NCBI GenBank assembly: GCA_023213395.1
Contig: CM041465.1
Span: 95,921,741 to 95,985,740 of the forward strand
Reading direction: 5' to 3'
DNA: 64,000 nt
From: Cycas panzhihuaensis
Taxonomy: Eukaryota; Plantae; Cycadophyta
Each line of letters begins with the position of its first letter. Position 1 is the first letter of the stretch. Position numbers and translations under genes: made by a program. The notes under the pieces were generated by a model. That model saw only the letters and a program-made list of their open reading frames with translations. It did no database searches and was not told the origin of the DNA. Below, piece by piece: positions 1 through 13,497 of the stretch.

Positions 1-2958
1 TGATTATATGTTTGTAAGTGCAAGTAAACCCAATCTCCTACTTGAAACTCTCATTCATTTCTTCATTTATCTACTTGTTGTTTCATTTAGTACTGAGCCA
101 AGTTAAGGTTTTCCTTCAATATCTTGAGTGTCTCTATGGCTTGTTATAGATGCTCCTCTACTACTTGAACTCTATAATTCTCTATGGTGTAGCTCTTAAT
201 AGATGGTGGTTCATACCCATATAATACCTGGAAGAGAGTTGTTTTTATTGCCATATGGTAAGTAGTATTATACTACTATTTTTCCATGGGAATCTAATGA
301 TGCCATTGATTTTGTTTATATGACATGTGGCATCAGAGATATCCTTCTAAACATTTGTTAACCAGCTCTGTTTATCCATTTGTTTGTGGGTGGTATGTTG
401 TACTCATTGTTAGCTTGGTACCTAAAGCTTGGAAGAGTTCAGTCCTAAAAATGCTTATGAACTTTGGGTCTCTGTCACTAACAATCTTCTTAGGCATTCC
501 ATGGAGCCAATGTATCTCTTTTAAGAAAATCTTGGTAATTTGTTTTGCTTTATAAGTAGACTAGATTCCATAAAAATGAGCATACTTTGTTAATCTGTCA
601 ACAACTATAAGGATGGAACCCCTCCCATCCAATTTTAGCAATCTTGTGATGAAGTCTATGGATATTTCTTCCCATCTTTGATTTGGTATAGGGAATGGAT
701 GCAATAGATCAAGCATCTTACTCATTTCACCATTTTGTCGTTGGCACACTTTGCAAGCTACAACCCATCTTTTAGTATCTTACTTGAGCTTATTCCAATA
801 GAAAGATTTCTTATTTTGTTGGTAAGTCTTTAGGAATCCAAAATGGCCTACTATTAGAAAGGCGTGTACATCATGCAATATCTTCTCCTTAATCTTGGAA
901 TTAAGTCTAAGATATATTTTATTTTTGTACCACAAGATGTTTGCTACCTATGAAAAGCTTTTATAACTTATCTTGATTAACCTATAGATCCTATAATAAT
1001 TACTTTATCTTAGTATCCTTTTCCCACTCTTCCCTTGCCTCCTCGATCCATGAAGGGGTAACTATTGTTAATACATATAATATAGAATCTCCTTCCCTTC
1101 ATGATAGAGTGTAAGTTGCTATATTTTCCTTCCCTCTTTTATATATGATTTCAAAATTAAAACCTTGCATTTTAGAGACCTATTTTTTTTGTTCCTTAGA
1201 AGCTACCCTTTAGTCTAGGAAATACTTCAAGATTTTGGGGTTTGTCTTTATTTTAAAATAGGTTTTGAGTAAATATTAGCATCATTTTTGAATTTCTTGT
1301 AGGATTGCCATCATCTCTTTTTTATATGTAGACTTGACTAAGTCCTTAGACTTCAATTTTTTACTTTCAAAAGTTATGAGCCTCCCTTCTTACATTAGGA
1401 CTACTCTATACCTTGTCATGAGGCATCATATTCAATGATAAATGTTTTAGTGAAGTTAGGAGTTACTAAAACCGGTGTGATAGTCATGGATACCTTTAGG
1501 CTCTCAAAGGCTTCAATAGTGGCATCTATCCATATGAATTAATCCTTCTTTATATAATCTTAGCATACCCTTTAATAAATTTTTAGTAGTACCCTATTAA
1601 ACCCAGGAATCCATGTAGCCCTTTGATATTTTTAGGCTGTGGTCAATTTACTATAGCTTCAATCTTCCTTGGATCAACCTTAACTCCTTCTTGTGAGATG
1701 ATGTACCCTAAGTGATCCACTTCATGCCTTCCAAAGTTACATTTTGATATGTTTACAAAGAGTTTATTATCTTCTAATAATTACAAAGCCTTGTCAACAT
1801 GTTGAATATGTTCTTCCTTTATCCAGCTATACACTAAGATGTCATCAAAAAATGCCAAGATAAACTTCCTTAGATAAGGTCAAAACATTTTATTGATGAG
1901 ACCTTAAAATGTGGTTGGTGCATTGGTTAAGCCAAAAGGCATGACTAGGAATTCATAGTGGCCTTCATGGGTGCAAAAAGTTGTTTTGTGTGCATCATCA
2001 GCCTTGATTCTAATTTGGTGATATCCAGATTTTAAATCTATGGTGGTGAAAAGGGTTGCTTTATTAAATTCAATTAACAACTCATCAATCACTAATATGG
2101 GGAATTTATCTTTAATAGTAATTTTATTTAATTTTTTATAATCCACACATATACGAAAAGATCTATCCTTCTTTTTTACCAATATTACTGATGCCAAAAA
2201 TATGCTTTTACTTTCCCTGATAGCCCGGCTTCAAGAAGTTCATGCATTAATTTTTCAATTTTATTCTTCTACTGATAAGGATATCTATAAGGCCAGACGC
2301 TAGGTGGATTGCTACCAGCAATGAGTTCAATGGAATGATCTTACTCTCTTTCTTAAGGAAGCCACTTAGGAATGTCTTTGAAAACCTTGTTATATTTAAC
2401 TAACACTTCTTGTAATTCAGGTGTTAGGTTATTGTCCTTATGAAGATCTTCCTTTGCTACTAACTCATTCCCTTTTAATGTATAACATCTAGCTATAAGT
2501 CATATTCATCTTTTTCTTAGAAGCTTCTCTATCCTATGTGAACTAATGACCTATGAGGGAGGTGGGATAATTCCATTGAGTTGGTACTGTTACCCTCCTG
2601 AGTTAAAACATATGAATAATTCCTCCAAGTTAAGTTGAAAAGTACCTAATGTTTTTAGTCATTGTACTCCTAAAACCACATTGACTCCTCTCACTAGAAT
2701 AGCATACATTAAGGAAGCCAATTGGTAATCTCTCATAGTCATTTTAGTATTATGACATTTACCTCCATAGGTTAATGTACCACCATTGGTAACCATAACT
2801 TGAAAATTCTTAACCAGATAAAGAAAACAATTTAATTCTTCTGTAAGTTTCCTATTGATAAAATTATGTGTGCTTCCTGAATCAATTAAGATGACTACCC
2901 TTTGTTTCTTGATGTATCTTATAATCTTCAAGGTATGTGGAGCTGTAATCCTTGCCAA
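1..2958 (-). pseudogene. pol: gypsy pol pseudogene (PR-RT-RH-INT) with many stops and frameshifts
   Basis: ORF-track fragments 2659-2958, 1904-2197 and 561-749 carry canonical protease, RT and integrase motifs. Confidence 0.93.
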
Positions 2959-2999
2959 AGTATGGACATATATTGTTGTTGCGTTCTCTTCTTCAATGT

Positions 3000-3944
3000 T
3001 TAATGGTTCAGAAGCAGTGTCATCTTCTACAATGGCTTCTTCTAGATCTTCTTCCTGTGTATCTTCAATGATGAATAGTTATCTTTTTAAATATTTATGA
3101 TCTTTATTCCAATTATTATTGTATTGAAAATAAATACCCTTTAGCCTTTTCTCATCCATTTCTTTAGCTGTCATCCTTTGTATTGTAAGAATGTATGGGC
3201 TTCTTTTTTCTTCCCCCATCCTATTATATTTTCAGGTAGCCCTGTTTTTAGCTTCAATTTGTCGAGCTAATATGATTATTTCTATTAAGATACTCAGTTT
3301 CAATAAGCATAATTCATATCATATATCTTCTTGTAAACCCCTAATATAGAGTTCAAGTAAATTTTCATTACTGAGATCATCAACCAAGGTGGCCAATTTT
3401 TGGTGTTCTATAATGTATTATGATATTGTTCCTTCTTGTTTTAGTTGAGCCAACTAACTAAAGTAGTCATCATCCCAAATATTATCAAATTGCATTAAAA
3501 GATTCTCCATAAAATTTTCCCACTTATAAAATATTCCTTCACACTTCTTCTTTATCCATTGGTACCACTAGAATGGTTCTAGTTTCATATGTAAAGAAGC
3601 TAAGATGATTTTTTTACCAAATGGTACATGGTGAAGACTAAAAAATTGTTCCATTTGGCTGACCTAGGTCCTAACATCTTTTCCATTAAATTCCTAATTT
3701 CCACTTTAGGGAGATAATTGGATTGTAGCCTTCCTTGGTCATGGTGATCACCTTCACTCCCTATCTTATCCTTCCCCTTCCAAGATCCCCTATTATATTT
3801 TTGTAATCCCAATTGACTTATAATATTTTAAAGGGTTTTACTAATTCTTCCAATTTCATCTTTAAACTTACCCATCCTTAAGTCCAATTATCTCTTAATT
3901 ATATTGACATATTCATCCCACACTCGGTCATTTTTTTGGGCCAT
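3000..3944 (-). pseudogene. gag: gypsy gag pseudogene
   Basis: LPKVEI.. followed by a retrotransposon-gag-like W/F pattern and a C-terminal GLCF-like segment just upstream of the protease. Confidence 0.75.
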
Positions 3945-5065
3945 GGTATAAGACCGGATCGAAGTTGAATGCTTGCTTTATAAAAGGTATCTAGAAAAAA
4001 TGTATCTACCAAAAATAACCCAATTAGGGTTTAGTCATTAGAGTCAAACTAATAAAGACCAATAAAATAGGGCTTTCTAGGTCTAGGATTGTCTAGTTTG
4101 TAGGCCCTTCGATATACTAATCCCAATCGTAAATAGTATCAACATGTAGAGGCTAACACTCTACTTTATAGTCATAGTACCCCATCTTTAGGGTACGTAA
4201 AGAGTAACTTCCTAGGGCTAACTGCTTACTAGTGCACTATAAATTATAGATGGCTGATAGGTCTCCTATAATTACCTATATTAGGAATGCCTACCTAGGG
4301 GGGTCCTCCTATATACTCGTAGGTACATGGAGGCTTAATTCCGTAATTGAGTTCTATCTAGGGCTTAGTTCAGGAGTGTGATCCCCAATTCTTCACACAA
4401 GGGCAGAAAAACTACAATATGCTTAACCCAAAATGATAGTTCCTCATGATATTTATAGAACCCCAGTATAGGGTCTCTAGCCTAGACTAACTAAAAATAT
4501 TATGAAAAAAGTAAACTACTATAAATTATTAAGAGAAAATGATAAAACTATTTCTCTCTAAAAAAATATAATTAAAAAATATATAAAATATGGATCAAAA
4601 TAATGGCCTCTAAAATATAATTCTAATAATTGAGAAGAAATTGAATTATGATATTTAGATCAAAAGTTATAACTCTTTTAAGAAATTCAATGTTAGGGTT
4701 TTTACGGACTACAATAGTACCTACTAGTAAAATGCCAATAACTTTTTACTATGAACTCATATTAACTCAAAACCACTTCTATCGGAAAGTAAATTCAAAA
4801 ACACATAGAATCAAAAAATAAATTAAGGTTATTTGGATACCTATAGCCAAAATTATGGCTCCTTGAGGTTAAGGTTATAAATCTATCCTAAAAATATGGT
4901 GATGGAAAAGAAGCAAGCCAAAATTAATTATGCTACATTTTTCGTACTATTGCCCTAAAATCTATAGTGTGACCACTTAAAATCTATAGGGTGAGTAATT
5001 TTGCCTTACATTCACCCTCTAAAAACCCTTAATGGTACCTCCCAGATCATTGCTTTGATATCAAT

Positions 5066-5359
5066 TATAATGAACCTGAATCAAAGGAGAGAAATCCAAT
5101 TGCATATGGTAACACAAGAGCTAAAATTAAATATAAGAGTATAAAAGTATTTGTAATCATATATATCTATGGGCCTCTTCGAGAGAGCAACCTCTAATAC
5201 ATAATATCATAATACTTTGATATGATCCTCACTCCTACATTACATACATATATATGACTATTAAGATTGCCCATTTTTTGGACTTATGAATGTAGGATAA
5301 TTACAAGAATAGAAATATAAGATTTGAGAAGAAGAGAGATAAGGGTTGGGTTCTTAACA
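5066..5359 (-). repeat. 5' LTR (~294 bp) of the gypsy element at 1-5359
   Basis: Abuts the PBS (gctttgatatca, the reverse complement of a decayed TGGTATCAGAGC). Imperfect inverted termini tataatgaacc / ggttcttaaca. Copia integrase sequence begins right after it. Confidence 0.7.
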
Positions 5360-5840
5360 TATGCCATGTTCTTTACAAAAGCTATTAAACTGATTTAAAA
5401 TATACTTACCATCATTATTAAATCTAAGGATCTTGATTTTCATCCTACTTTCATTTGCTATAATAGCTTTGAACTTTTTGAATCTATCTAGGGCTTTATA
5501 TTTATTTCTCAAGAAATAAACCCACACTTTCCTTAAGAAGTCATCTATGAAGGTGATGAAATACCAACTTCCATTGAGATATTGGATGAATATAGGGCCA
5601 TAAATGTTGGAGTGAACTAAATCTAATGGTTGTGAAGCTCTCCATACATTCTTGGAAGGGAATTTTTCTCTTTGTTACTTTCCCTTTAGGCAAGTCTCAT
5701 ATATGTTGTGGTATCTATTGATTTTAGGTAGGTCATATACCATTTTAAGCTTAGATATAAGGTTATCATTTACCCAAGGAGTGTTGATTTTAGGTAGGTC
5801 ATGTACCATTTTGAGGCTAGACATGAGGTTATCATATAAG
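5360..5840 (-). pseudogene. Ty1/copia integrase remnant (GAG-pre-integrase plus rve N-terminus)
   Basis: Manual translation reads ..ETCLKGK*QREKFP..WRASQPLDLVHSNIYGP..NGSWYFITFIDDFLRKVWVYFLRNK..FKKFKA..KIKILRFNNDGKY. Contains a 66-bp tandem duplication (units at 5718 and 5784). Confidence 0.88.
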
Positions 5841-6539
5841 AAAAAAAGACGCAAGTGATCATGAATCTTGAGTGATTATTTATGATATTTGTTAAAACTT
5901 AAATTTGCAAATGCTTTAAGGGTAAATCATGTTAATAAGAGAGGAATTTATGCATTCCATTATCATGATGAAGGACCAGTATGTGACCAAGATGACCAAG
6001 TAGGGTTAACTCATAAATATATACACTAGCTTTAAGTGGAAGTTGGATCATGGTAGAAGCATGATCCACCTATACCCTTGCCTTGAGAATAAAGCATGCT
6101 AAAGGGAGTGAATTGTTGTATGTTTACCCCTTCTAAAGAGACCAATCTAATTTAATAAATGATAAAATGTTGATTATTTTATAATTATAGTCTAAAAATA
6201 GAACGAATTAAGTTTTGAAATATAGATAATGGTATAGATCCTTGTATTAACTCTAAAATGAGTAATTGGGACCCTTATTATATATTATATGAGAAAGTTA
6301 TACTGATTTTAAATTTATAGTCTTAAATATAGATTATTAAAGACCAACTTTACTTTGATATGTTAATTATTTTTAGGGCTAACCTTAACCTAAAAAATGG
6401 CATAATACAAATGTGTGATTATATATAAGTAATGGATTAGTTATTTGAAAGATTAAGTTTTTAGATCTTATTTTTTCTCTTCACTCCTTTGGGAGGAGGT
6501 GATATTTTTAGAGGCTCTTATACCTTGAAGAGGGGCATT

Positions 6540-6796
6540 TGTAATATAATACATTTTATTATCTTATGAAAGTTTATAATAGAGATAAATTTGATTATTT
6601 GATACCATTTCATTATATTGTAAAGTTATCATATTTGTTATTATTTCTTCTTCTTCTTCCATCCATTACCAAATTATCATTTCTTTTTAATATAATTTAG
6701 AGTTGTTATTATTATTCTTTCACTTTTGGCAAGACTATAGTATTTCTATTATTATTTATTATTAAAATTAGGGAGCATCTTTAAAAGGTTGTTATA
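6540..6796 (+). repeat. probable 3' LTR of a decayed element
   Basis: PPT-like gaagaggggca immediately before tgtaat. Ends in gttata (decayed gttaca) where protease sequence resumes. No partner LTR seen. Confidence 0.4.
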
Positions 6797-6947
6797 AAAT
6801 GTTCTTCAGTCAACCCACTTAGGTAATTAAACTATTAACATCCTTAATTGTAAATACATATTTTTCTAGTCTAATCATTCCCAACCATTCCCAAGTCTAT
6901 ATAATCACCAAATTAACTTATACTCTAAAATCAATTATAACACCATG
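6797..6947 (-). pseudogene. decayed gypsy aspartic protease fragment (continuation of the 17228-19200 gag)
   Basis: Translation HGVIIDFRV*VNLVII*TWEWLGMIRLEKYVFTIKDVNSLIT*VG*LKNI resembles the gypsy protease pattern IID.G..VN......LG......F.IK.A......G.LKN. Confidence 0.6.
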
Positions 6948-7053
6948 TATTAGCAATAATATTCATTATTTTATTAAAGGTGTGAATAAGTTACCTTAGA
7001 ACTTCACAAGCTATCAATAGCTTCTATTAGCCTCTAATAGTTGTTAGGTATGT

Positions 7054-7283
7054 TGTAACAGACTAATTCTATTATAGAAAAGAAAGGATAAACAATTGAG
7101 TGTGAAAGTAATGAATATAGAAAGAGTTCTTGATATTAATTGAAAAAATGAATGATGATACATATGCCAACTAGGGCCAATTTTATATGCATATTGTGCC
7201 CTTTTACAAAGGTTATGTCTTTTATCAATGACATCCCTTTGTTAATGATAATTAAATAGATTTTGTTAAAGAGGTTCATAACA
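7054..7283 (-). repeat. 3' LTR of the chromovirus (230 bp)
   Basis: tgtaacagac...gttcataaca; direct repeat of 13267-13497. Confidence 0.96.
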
Positions 7284-7294
7284 ATTCCTCTCTC

Positions 7295-10200
7295 TTAAGA
7301 TGTTTCACCCATGAAACTCTCTTTTCTTAAATTAGGATGAAGTTTTATAAAATCAGAGGATTCCCATGAAGCATCTTCAATAGGTAGTTGTTTCTATTGG
7401 ATCAAATATTCTTGAATAGTCTTCAACCACAATCGACATTCTCGAACTTCAAGGATAGCTTTGGGTGATAAAACTAATTTGCCTTCTTTATCTAGGAGGG
7501 GTAATTCAGTCTATACCTGTATATGGTTTCCAATTTTCTTTTTGAGATAAGACACATGAAATACATTGTGTAATTTTAAAGTTAGAAGTTCTAAGGCATA
7601 CGCCACTTCTCCAATTTTCTATTGAATCTGAAAAGGTCCATAGAATCGAGGACTCAATTTCTCCTTTCGAGCTTTTTTTAATGATTCTTGATTGTAAGGT
7701 TGTAGTCTTACATAGACCCAATCCCCAGTGTTGAATATTCTTTTAGTACGTTGTTTATTAGCTTGTTGTTTCATACGATTTCTTACTTCTTCTAAATGTC
7801 ACTTTAATATTTAAATTGTGTTTTGTGATTCTTGGAGAAAATCATGAACTGATAGAACCTTATTATCTTTGTTTAACCAATCCTTCAATTGGGTTGGTTG
7901 ATAGCCATATAATGCTTGATATAGGGTTATTTTAATGGATGAATGATAAGAAGAATGATACCAGGCTTCGACTAAGTATAGCCACTTGACCCATGAACTA
8001 TGTTTATTTGCCAAATAGTTTTGCAAGTAATTTTCTAAACATTTGTTCATAGCTTCAGTTTGTCCATATTTTTATGAATGATAAGTGGTATTCATTTCTA
8101 ATTTTGTACCTACTTATCAAAACATTTCTTGCCAAAAATGACTTAAGAATTTGGGATCCCTGTCACTAATAATGGTCTGTGGAAATCCATGCATTTGTGA
8201 ATTTCTTTAACAAATATTTCAGCCAGCTGCTGAGTTTTATAATTAGATTGAATGGGTATAAAGTGAGTAAATTTTATTAAGCGATCTACACTAACGTATA
8301 TAGCATCTTTCCCTTCTAATTTTGGTAAACCGGTGATAAAATCCATGCTAATACTTTCCCATTTTTGTTGTGGAATAGGAAGAGATTGGAGCAGTCTAAG
8401 AGTAACAATACATTCATATTTATTAGTTTGGTAAATTGTGCATTCATAAATAAATTTCTTATTATCCTTTTTTATCCCCTTCCAGAAAAATGATTGTTTG
8501 GCTTGAAGATATGTTTTATAAAATCCTGCATGACCTGTTATAGGTATGACATGTGCTTCATTTAATATCTTGTCACAAAAAGCTAATTTTTCACTTAAGA
8601 GTATCTGTCCTTTCTACCATAAAATATCATTCTTCCATTCGATTTTGTCTTCTTTTCCTTGTTGAATTCTTATAATCAATTATTGAATGTCAGGATCTTT
8701 CACATATTCTGATTGTAATTCTATGATCCATATTGGTTCTATCATTGAGAAAACTTTTAACTGAGATTCTGTACTTTCTTCATCTTTTTGTGACAATGCA
8801 TCAGCCACCACATTATTTTTTCCTTTATTGTATGTTATGTTGAAATCAAATGCTTGAATTTTACTTATCCACTTCTGTCATTCAGGGGATAATTCTTTTT
8901 GTTTTAATAAATATTGCAAAATATTATGATCTATCTTGACTATTAATTTGCTACCTAATAAATATTGACGTCATTGAACCAAAGAGTGTATAATGGCTAA
9001 CATTTCCTTATCATAGGTAGATTTTAGAATTTCTCTATTGTTTAGCTTTCTACTCTCAAATGCAATGGGTTTACCTTCTTACATTAGCACTGAACCAATT
9101 CTTATTCTTGATGCATCACATTCTATTATAAAATTTTTAGGAAAATCAGGTGATGTTAACGTTGATAATTAGATCATTATTTGTTTGACTTGTTCAAAAC
9201 ACTTTGTTGCTTATTCATTCCATTGAAAAGAATCCTTTTTTAATAAACAAGTTAAGGTAGTTGTTCTTTGTGCATAATTTTTAACAAAATGTCAATAATA
9301 TCATGTTAAACCTAGAAATCCTTAGAGTTTCATAATATTTTTGGGTATCGGCCATTCTTGAATTGCCTTAACTTTCCCTGGGTCAGCTCTAATTCCTTCT
9401 TTTGATATAAGATGACCAAGATATTCTATTTCTTTCATTCCAAAATAACATTTTGATTTATTAGCATAAAATTTTTATTTCTTCAAGGTGCTCAGTACTT
9501 AGTCAAGATGGTTCATGTGTTCTCTCCATTGTTTACTAAATATTAATATGTCGTCAAAGAAGACTAAGATAAACTTCTATAAGAAAGGTTTTAGAACTTG
9601 ATTCATTATAGCTTGGAATGTAGTTGGTGCATTGGTTAGGCCAAAGGGCATTACCTTAAATTCATAATGACCATGGTGTGTACTGAAGGTTGTTTTATAT
9701 GTATCTTCTGGTTTAATATGAATTTGATGATAACCTGACTTTAAATTGATTTTTGAAAAATATTTTGCTCTATGTAATTCGTCTAGCAGCTCATCGATTC
9801 TTGGTATAGGAAATTTATTTTTTATTATAACTTTATTTAGTGCTCGATAATCTATATACATACGATAAGATCCATCTTTCTTCCTTACTAAGATTAAAGG
9901 TGATGTAAACAAACTTTTACTAGGAGTTATTGCTCCTATGTTTAATAATTCTTGTACGATCTTTTCAATCTCATCCTAATAACGATATGGTTGTTTATAG
10001 GGTTGGATAACAATTGGATTAGTGTCTACTTCCAATTTAATTTGATATTCAAATCCACTGTCTAGTGGCAATTCTGCTAGAATATTTTGGAAAACTTCTT
10101 TATGTTTCTGGATGACCCTTTGTAGATCATTTTCTTATGTGGTTGGTTTAATTTCTACCTAGATCGAAAAAAATTGAGCCATCATACCATGGTGGCCTTT

Positions 10201-10640
10201 CTTGATTAATTTTTCCATTTGTTTATAGGATATTAGTTAGTTATTTCTAGGTTTCTCTCCTTGAAGGATGATAGTTCTTCCATCTTTCTTATATCTCATA
10301 AATAATTCTTCAAGATTCATCTCAAAAGTTCCTAAAGTATGCAACCATTGGCTCCCTAGAACAATATCTACTCCACCAACATCTAATACATAAAAAGTTT
10401 CTTTAATAATAATGTCACCAATTGAGATTTTAAGGTTTTCCATTATTCCTTGTCTAGATATAACCTGTCACCCCCCAACACTTACTTGAAAAGGTGCCAT
10501 TCTATATGGAAATAGTTTTAAGTGTTGAGCTAATATCCTATCAATAAAATTATGAGTACTTCCAGGATCAATCAAAATTGTAATGGCCTAATTTTTAATA
10601 AATCCTTGTAATTTAAGTGTGTCAGACCTTATCAAACCAC
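7295..10640 (-). pseudogene. pol: chromovirus pol pseudogene (PR-RT-RH-INT-chromodomain)
   Basis: Protease ILIDPGSTHNFID (~10550), RT ORF 9577-9912, integrase ORFs 8143-8346 and 7811-8050, chromodomain EYLIQ*KQLPIEDASWES (~7350-7420). Confidence 0.93.
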
Positions 10641-11990
10641 TCATAGCTGAGAATGATATTTTTAAGATGTCCTCCTCCTGATTATATTGGTACTCCTAGA
10701 TTTCATTAGTATTTTCTTATCCATACTCGGTATCATCCTCTTCTTCAAGTTCCTCATTTTCTGCTATCGGGAATAATTTGATTGTATATAATTAAATTTG
10801 CTGACATTTGTGATTAGGTGTCCATTTCTCAGCACACCTGAAACAGAGACTCTTTTTTCGGAATTCTTCTTACCTATCTCTTATCCTTTGAAGTAATGGT
10901 TTAGCTGGTCGAGTAACTCTACTAGGTATTAGACTAGGTCAAGTAGTTAGAGAAGGATTAGAATGAGCATAAGGAGGTATATAAGGTCTTGTTCTTACTT
11001 TTTGTAATTCATTAACTTTTCCTTCCTGAATTTTGGCCAATTATATTACCTTATTCAGATCTTGGGGTTCTTGAATTTTGACATATGCTTGGATCTCAAT
11101 GGTTAAGCCATCTATATATAATTGGATAAGTGAATTCATTGGAATATATTCTAACACATAACTTAATATTGTAAATGCTACACTATATTCTTCCACAGAT
11201 CCTGTCAGTTTTAATCTTTGTAATTCACAATAATAATCTCGATTAGATACAGTCTCAAATCATTTGATAAATAAATGTATAAATTCTTTCCAAGTTGGAA
11301 GTTGACTTCAAAAAGAAGTTCATTCTAGATACTTCCACCATTTGCATGCTATTCCATCCATGTGAAGGGTGGCTAATAGAACTTGCTCTACTGGCTTAAT
11401 CTCCACTAAGCGAAAGTAGTTTTCCATTTATTGAATCCACACTTTCGGCTCATGTGATTTTTACTCTATAATGAAATTTTATATAGTAATTTTTTCTAAC
11501 TTTTTTTTCTTTTGTGTTTGAATACTTTATAAGCAGTTGAAGTATGCTTGAAATCCCACTAACTTCTATTCTTTAGGAGTTAAATTCTGGTATTTATTAA
11601 GATACTTTTTGATAGCCTCGTTTTTAAAATTAATTGGAGATATCTAAGGACTTAACTAATTTCTTATAGTTTGATGTCTAATATATGATTGGTGACTCAT
11701 TGCTTCATCTTCTAAATCTGGCACAACCATATCTTCCTTTCTGCTTATCGCTATGATCGTTAGTTTATCCAAAATTTGGTGTAACATATGATTTAAGAGA
11801 GCATTTGATATTTGGATCGCGTTGTGGACTACTTGAGTGATTGGTTTAATAATTTCTTTTTGAATGGTGTTGTCTACCATATCTTCAGTATTCAATATTT
11901 TATTAATTGTATAAGTATAGCTCCACTAATTGATTGTTATGTTTAAAGCAAGTGTAACTCTCTTTGACTCCTTTTATTGACATATAAATT
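10640..11990 (-). pseudogene. gag: chromovirus gag pseudogene
   Basis: EPKVWIQ*MENYFRL..ATLHMDGIACKWWKYL..LKLTGSVEEY and C-terminal KSLCFRCAEKWTPNHKC. Confidence 0.85.
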
Positions 11991-12804
11991 TCATAAATAG
12001 ATGCCAACTTAATCCTAATACTTAATATCAAAACTTAGGAGGACATCAACTGATGAGTAAATAAATAATCAAATAAATTGATGGACTAATGAGAAGAATA
12101 TAGGAAAGAATGTCTAGGGTGGAGCAAGAAAAATTGTTCAACTATTCAATGTTCAACAGATATTAATAAATTGAATAAGATGAGATGACTTCAAAAAAAT
12201 AAAAATTAAATACCTAACATAAGAGAATAATGACCCAATATAATCGAATAACTTATATAAGTGAATTATAAAAATGAATATATATGTTATGTTGAGCAAT
12301 CAAAATATAACTTCAAGTGTCTTAAATATAACGAAGATAATAATAAAAATTATAAAATACATATTATATAATACAACATAATAATAGTGTCCAAAATGAT
12401 ATATAAAATATCTTTATTCACTTACCTAGTAATGACAATATATTAAAGTGTAATTTAAATTATACTACAACTTAAATATTCCCAAATCTTTAATATATGT
12501 GATAATATAAGTGGTTGTTCTCAAACTTTAATATATATAATAATATAACCCAACGACTTTATATATATATACAAAAATGTATTACAATTTAGTTACCTAT
12601 GTGTATGATGTTGATACTAGTTTTTAGTGTGTATTAATGCATAGATGTATAGCATACGGGCTGCAAAAATCACAACGCCCTCTTAATGACTACGTCTAGC
12701 GTGAACAACTTTAAGATAGAGGAAACTAGTGGCAACAAATGATGATTACGATGAATAAATAGGGACAGAAATGAGAACAAAGAATGCGAATAAACAATGA
12801 AGTA

Positions 12805-12925
12805 ACGAGAAACCAGTAATGAGAAAACTAGTAATGAGAAAATAGCAACGAGAAACCAGTAATGAGAAAATAGGCTACACTCTTAGCACAGCAGCAACAA
12901 GAAACTAGTAATGAGAAAACAAGTG
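12805..12925. repeat. short imperfect tandem repeats (gaaa[a/c]c[c/t]agtaatgagaa) in the chromovirus 5' UTR
   Basis: Four copies of the agtaatgagaaaa core visible. Confidence 0.8.
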
Positions 12926-13266
12926 TAGGAATGCAAAAAGTAATGATGGAGATAGATGAGTAGCCAAGATTTATGAAGATGCAAATGCCCAAACAGGAAA
13001 GTAGACCACCAAATGTATGAATAATGGTCACAAGATAAATGGATAGATGCAAAAATAAATAGATGCTAATTGTTAGTGATGCATACTTGACGTTGCTAGA
13101 ATAACAACATAATGGATGGTAATATATTCTACTATCACAATTTAAGATATTATGTAGATAATGAATAAATAAGATAGATTAATGTATTTTTTATAAGAAG
13201 CCAGTGGTATCTATTCATTACTATTGCATGAAATAGTTGAGGGCCAAAACCTGCTCTGATACCAAT

Positions 13267-13497
13267 TGTAACAGACTAATTATGTTATAGAAAAGAAAGG
13301 ACAAATAATCAAGTATGCAAGTAATAAATATAGAAAGAGTTCTTAATATTAAATTAAAAAAATGAATGATGATACATACGCCAACTAGGGCCAATTTTAT
13401 ATGTATATTGTGCACTTTTATAAAGGTTATGTCTTTTATCAATGACATCCCTTCGTTAATAATAATTAATTAGATTTTGTTAAAGAGGTTCATAACA
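13267..13497 (-). repeat. 5' LTR of the chromovirus (231 bp)
   Basis: Adjacent to the tRNA-iMet PBS; repeat of 7054-7283. Confidence 0.96.

Larger units (their letters stand above)
1..5359 (-). mobile_element. Ty3/gypsy LTR retrotransposon (chromovirus-like), degenerate; 3' end lies outside the window
   Basis: Minus-strand order is gag (ATG ~3944), protease (ILIDSGSTHNFI, 2659-2958), RT ([29 protein letters not shown], 1904-2197), RNase H, integrase (WEEISIDFI..LIVVDRLTKYAHF, 561-749). Decayed tRNA-iMet PBS at 5052-5063, followed by a candidate LTR. Confidence 0.93.
7054..13497 (-). mobile_element. full-length chromovirus (Ty3/gypsy, Reina-like) with chromodomain, degenerate
   Basis: TG..CA LTRs at 7054-7283 and 13267-13497 (about 92% identical). 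TSD TATGT at 7049-7053 and 13498-13502. PBS (rc gctctgatacca) at 13253-13264, PPT at 7284-7298. Order gag-PR-RT-RH-INT-chromodomain. Confidence 0.96.
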
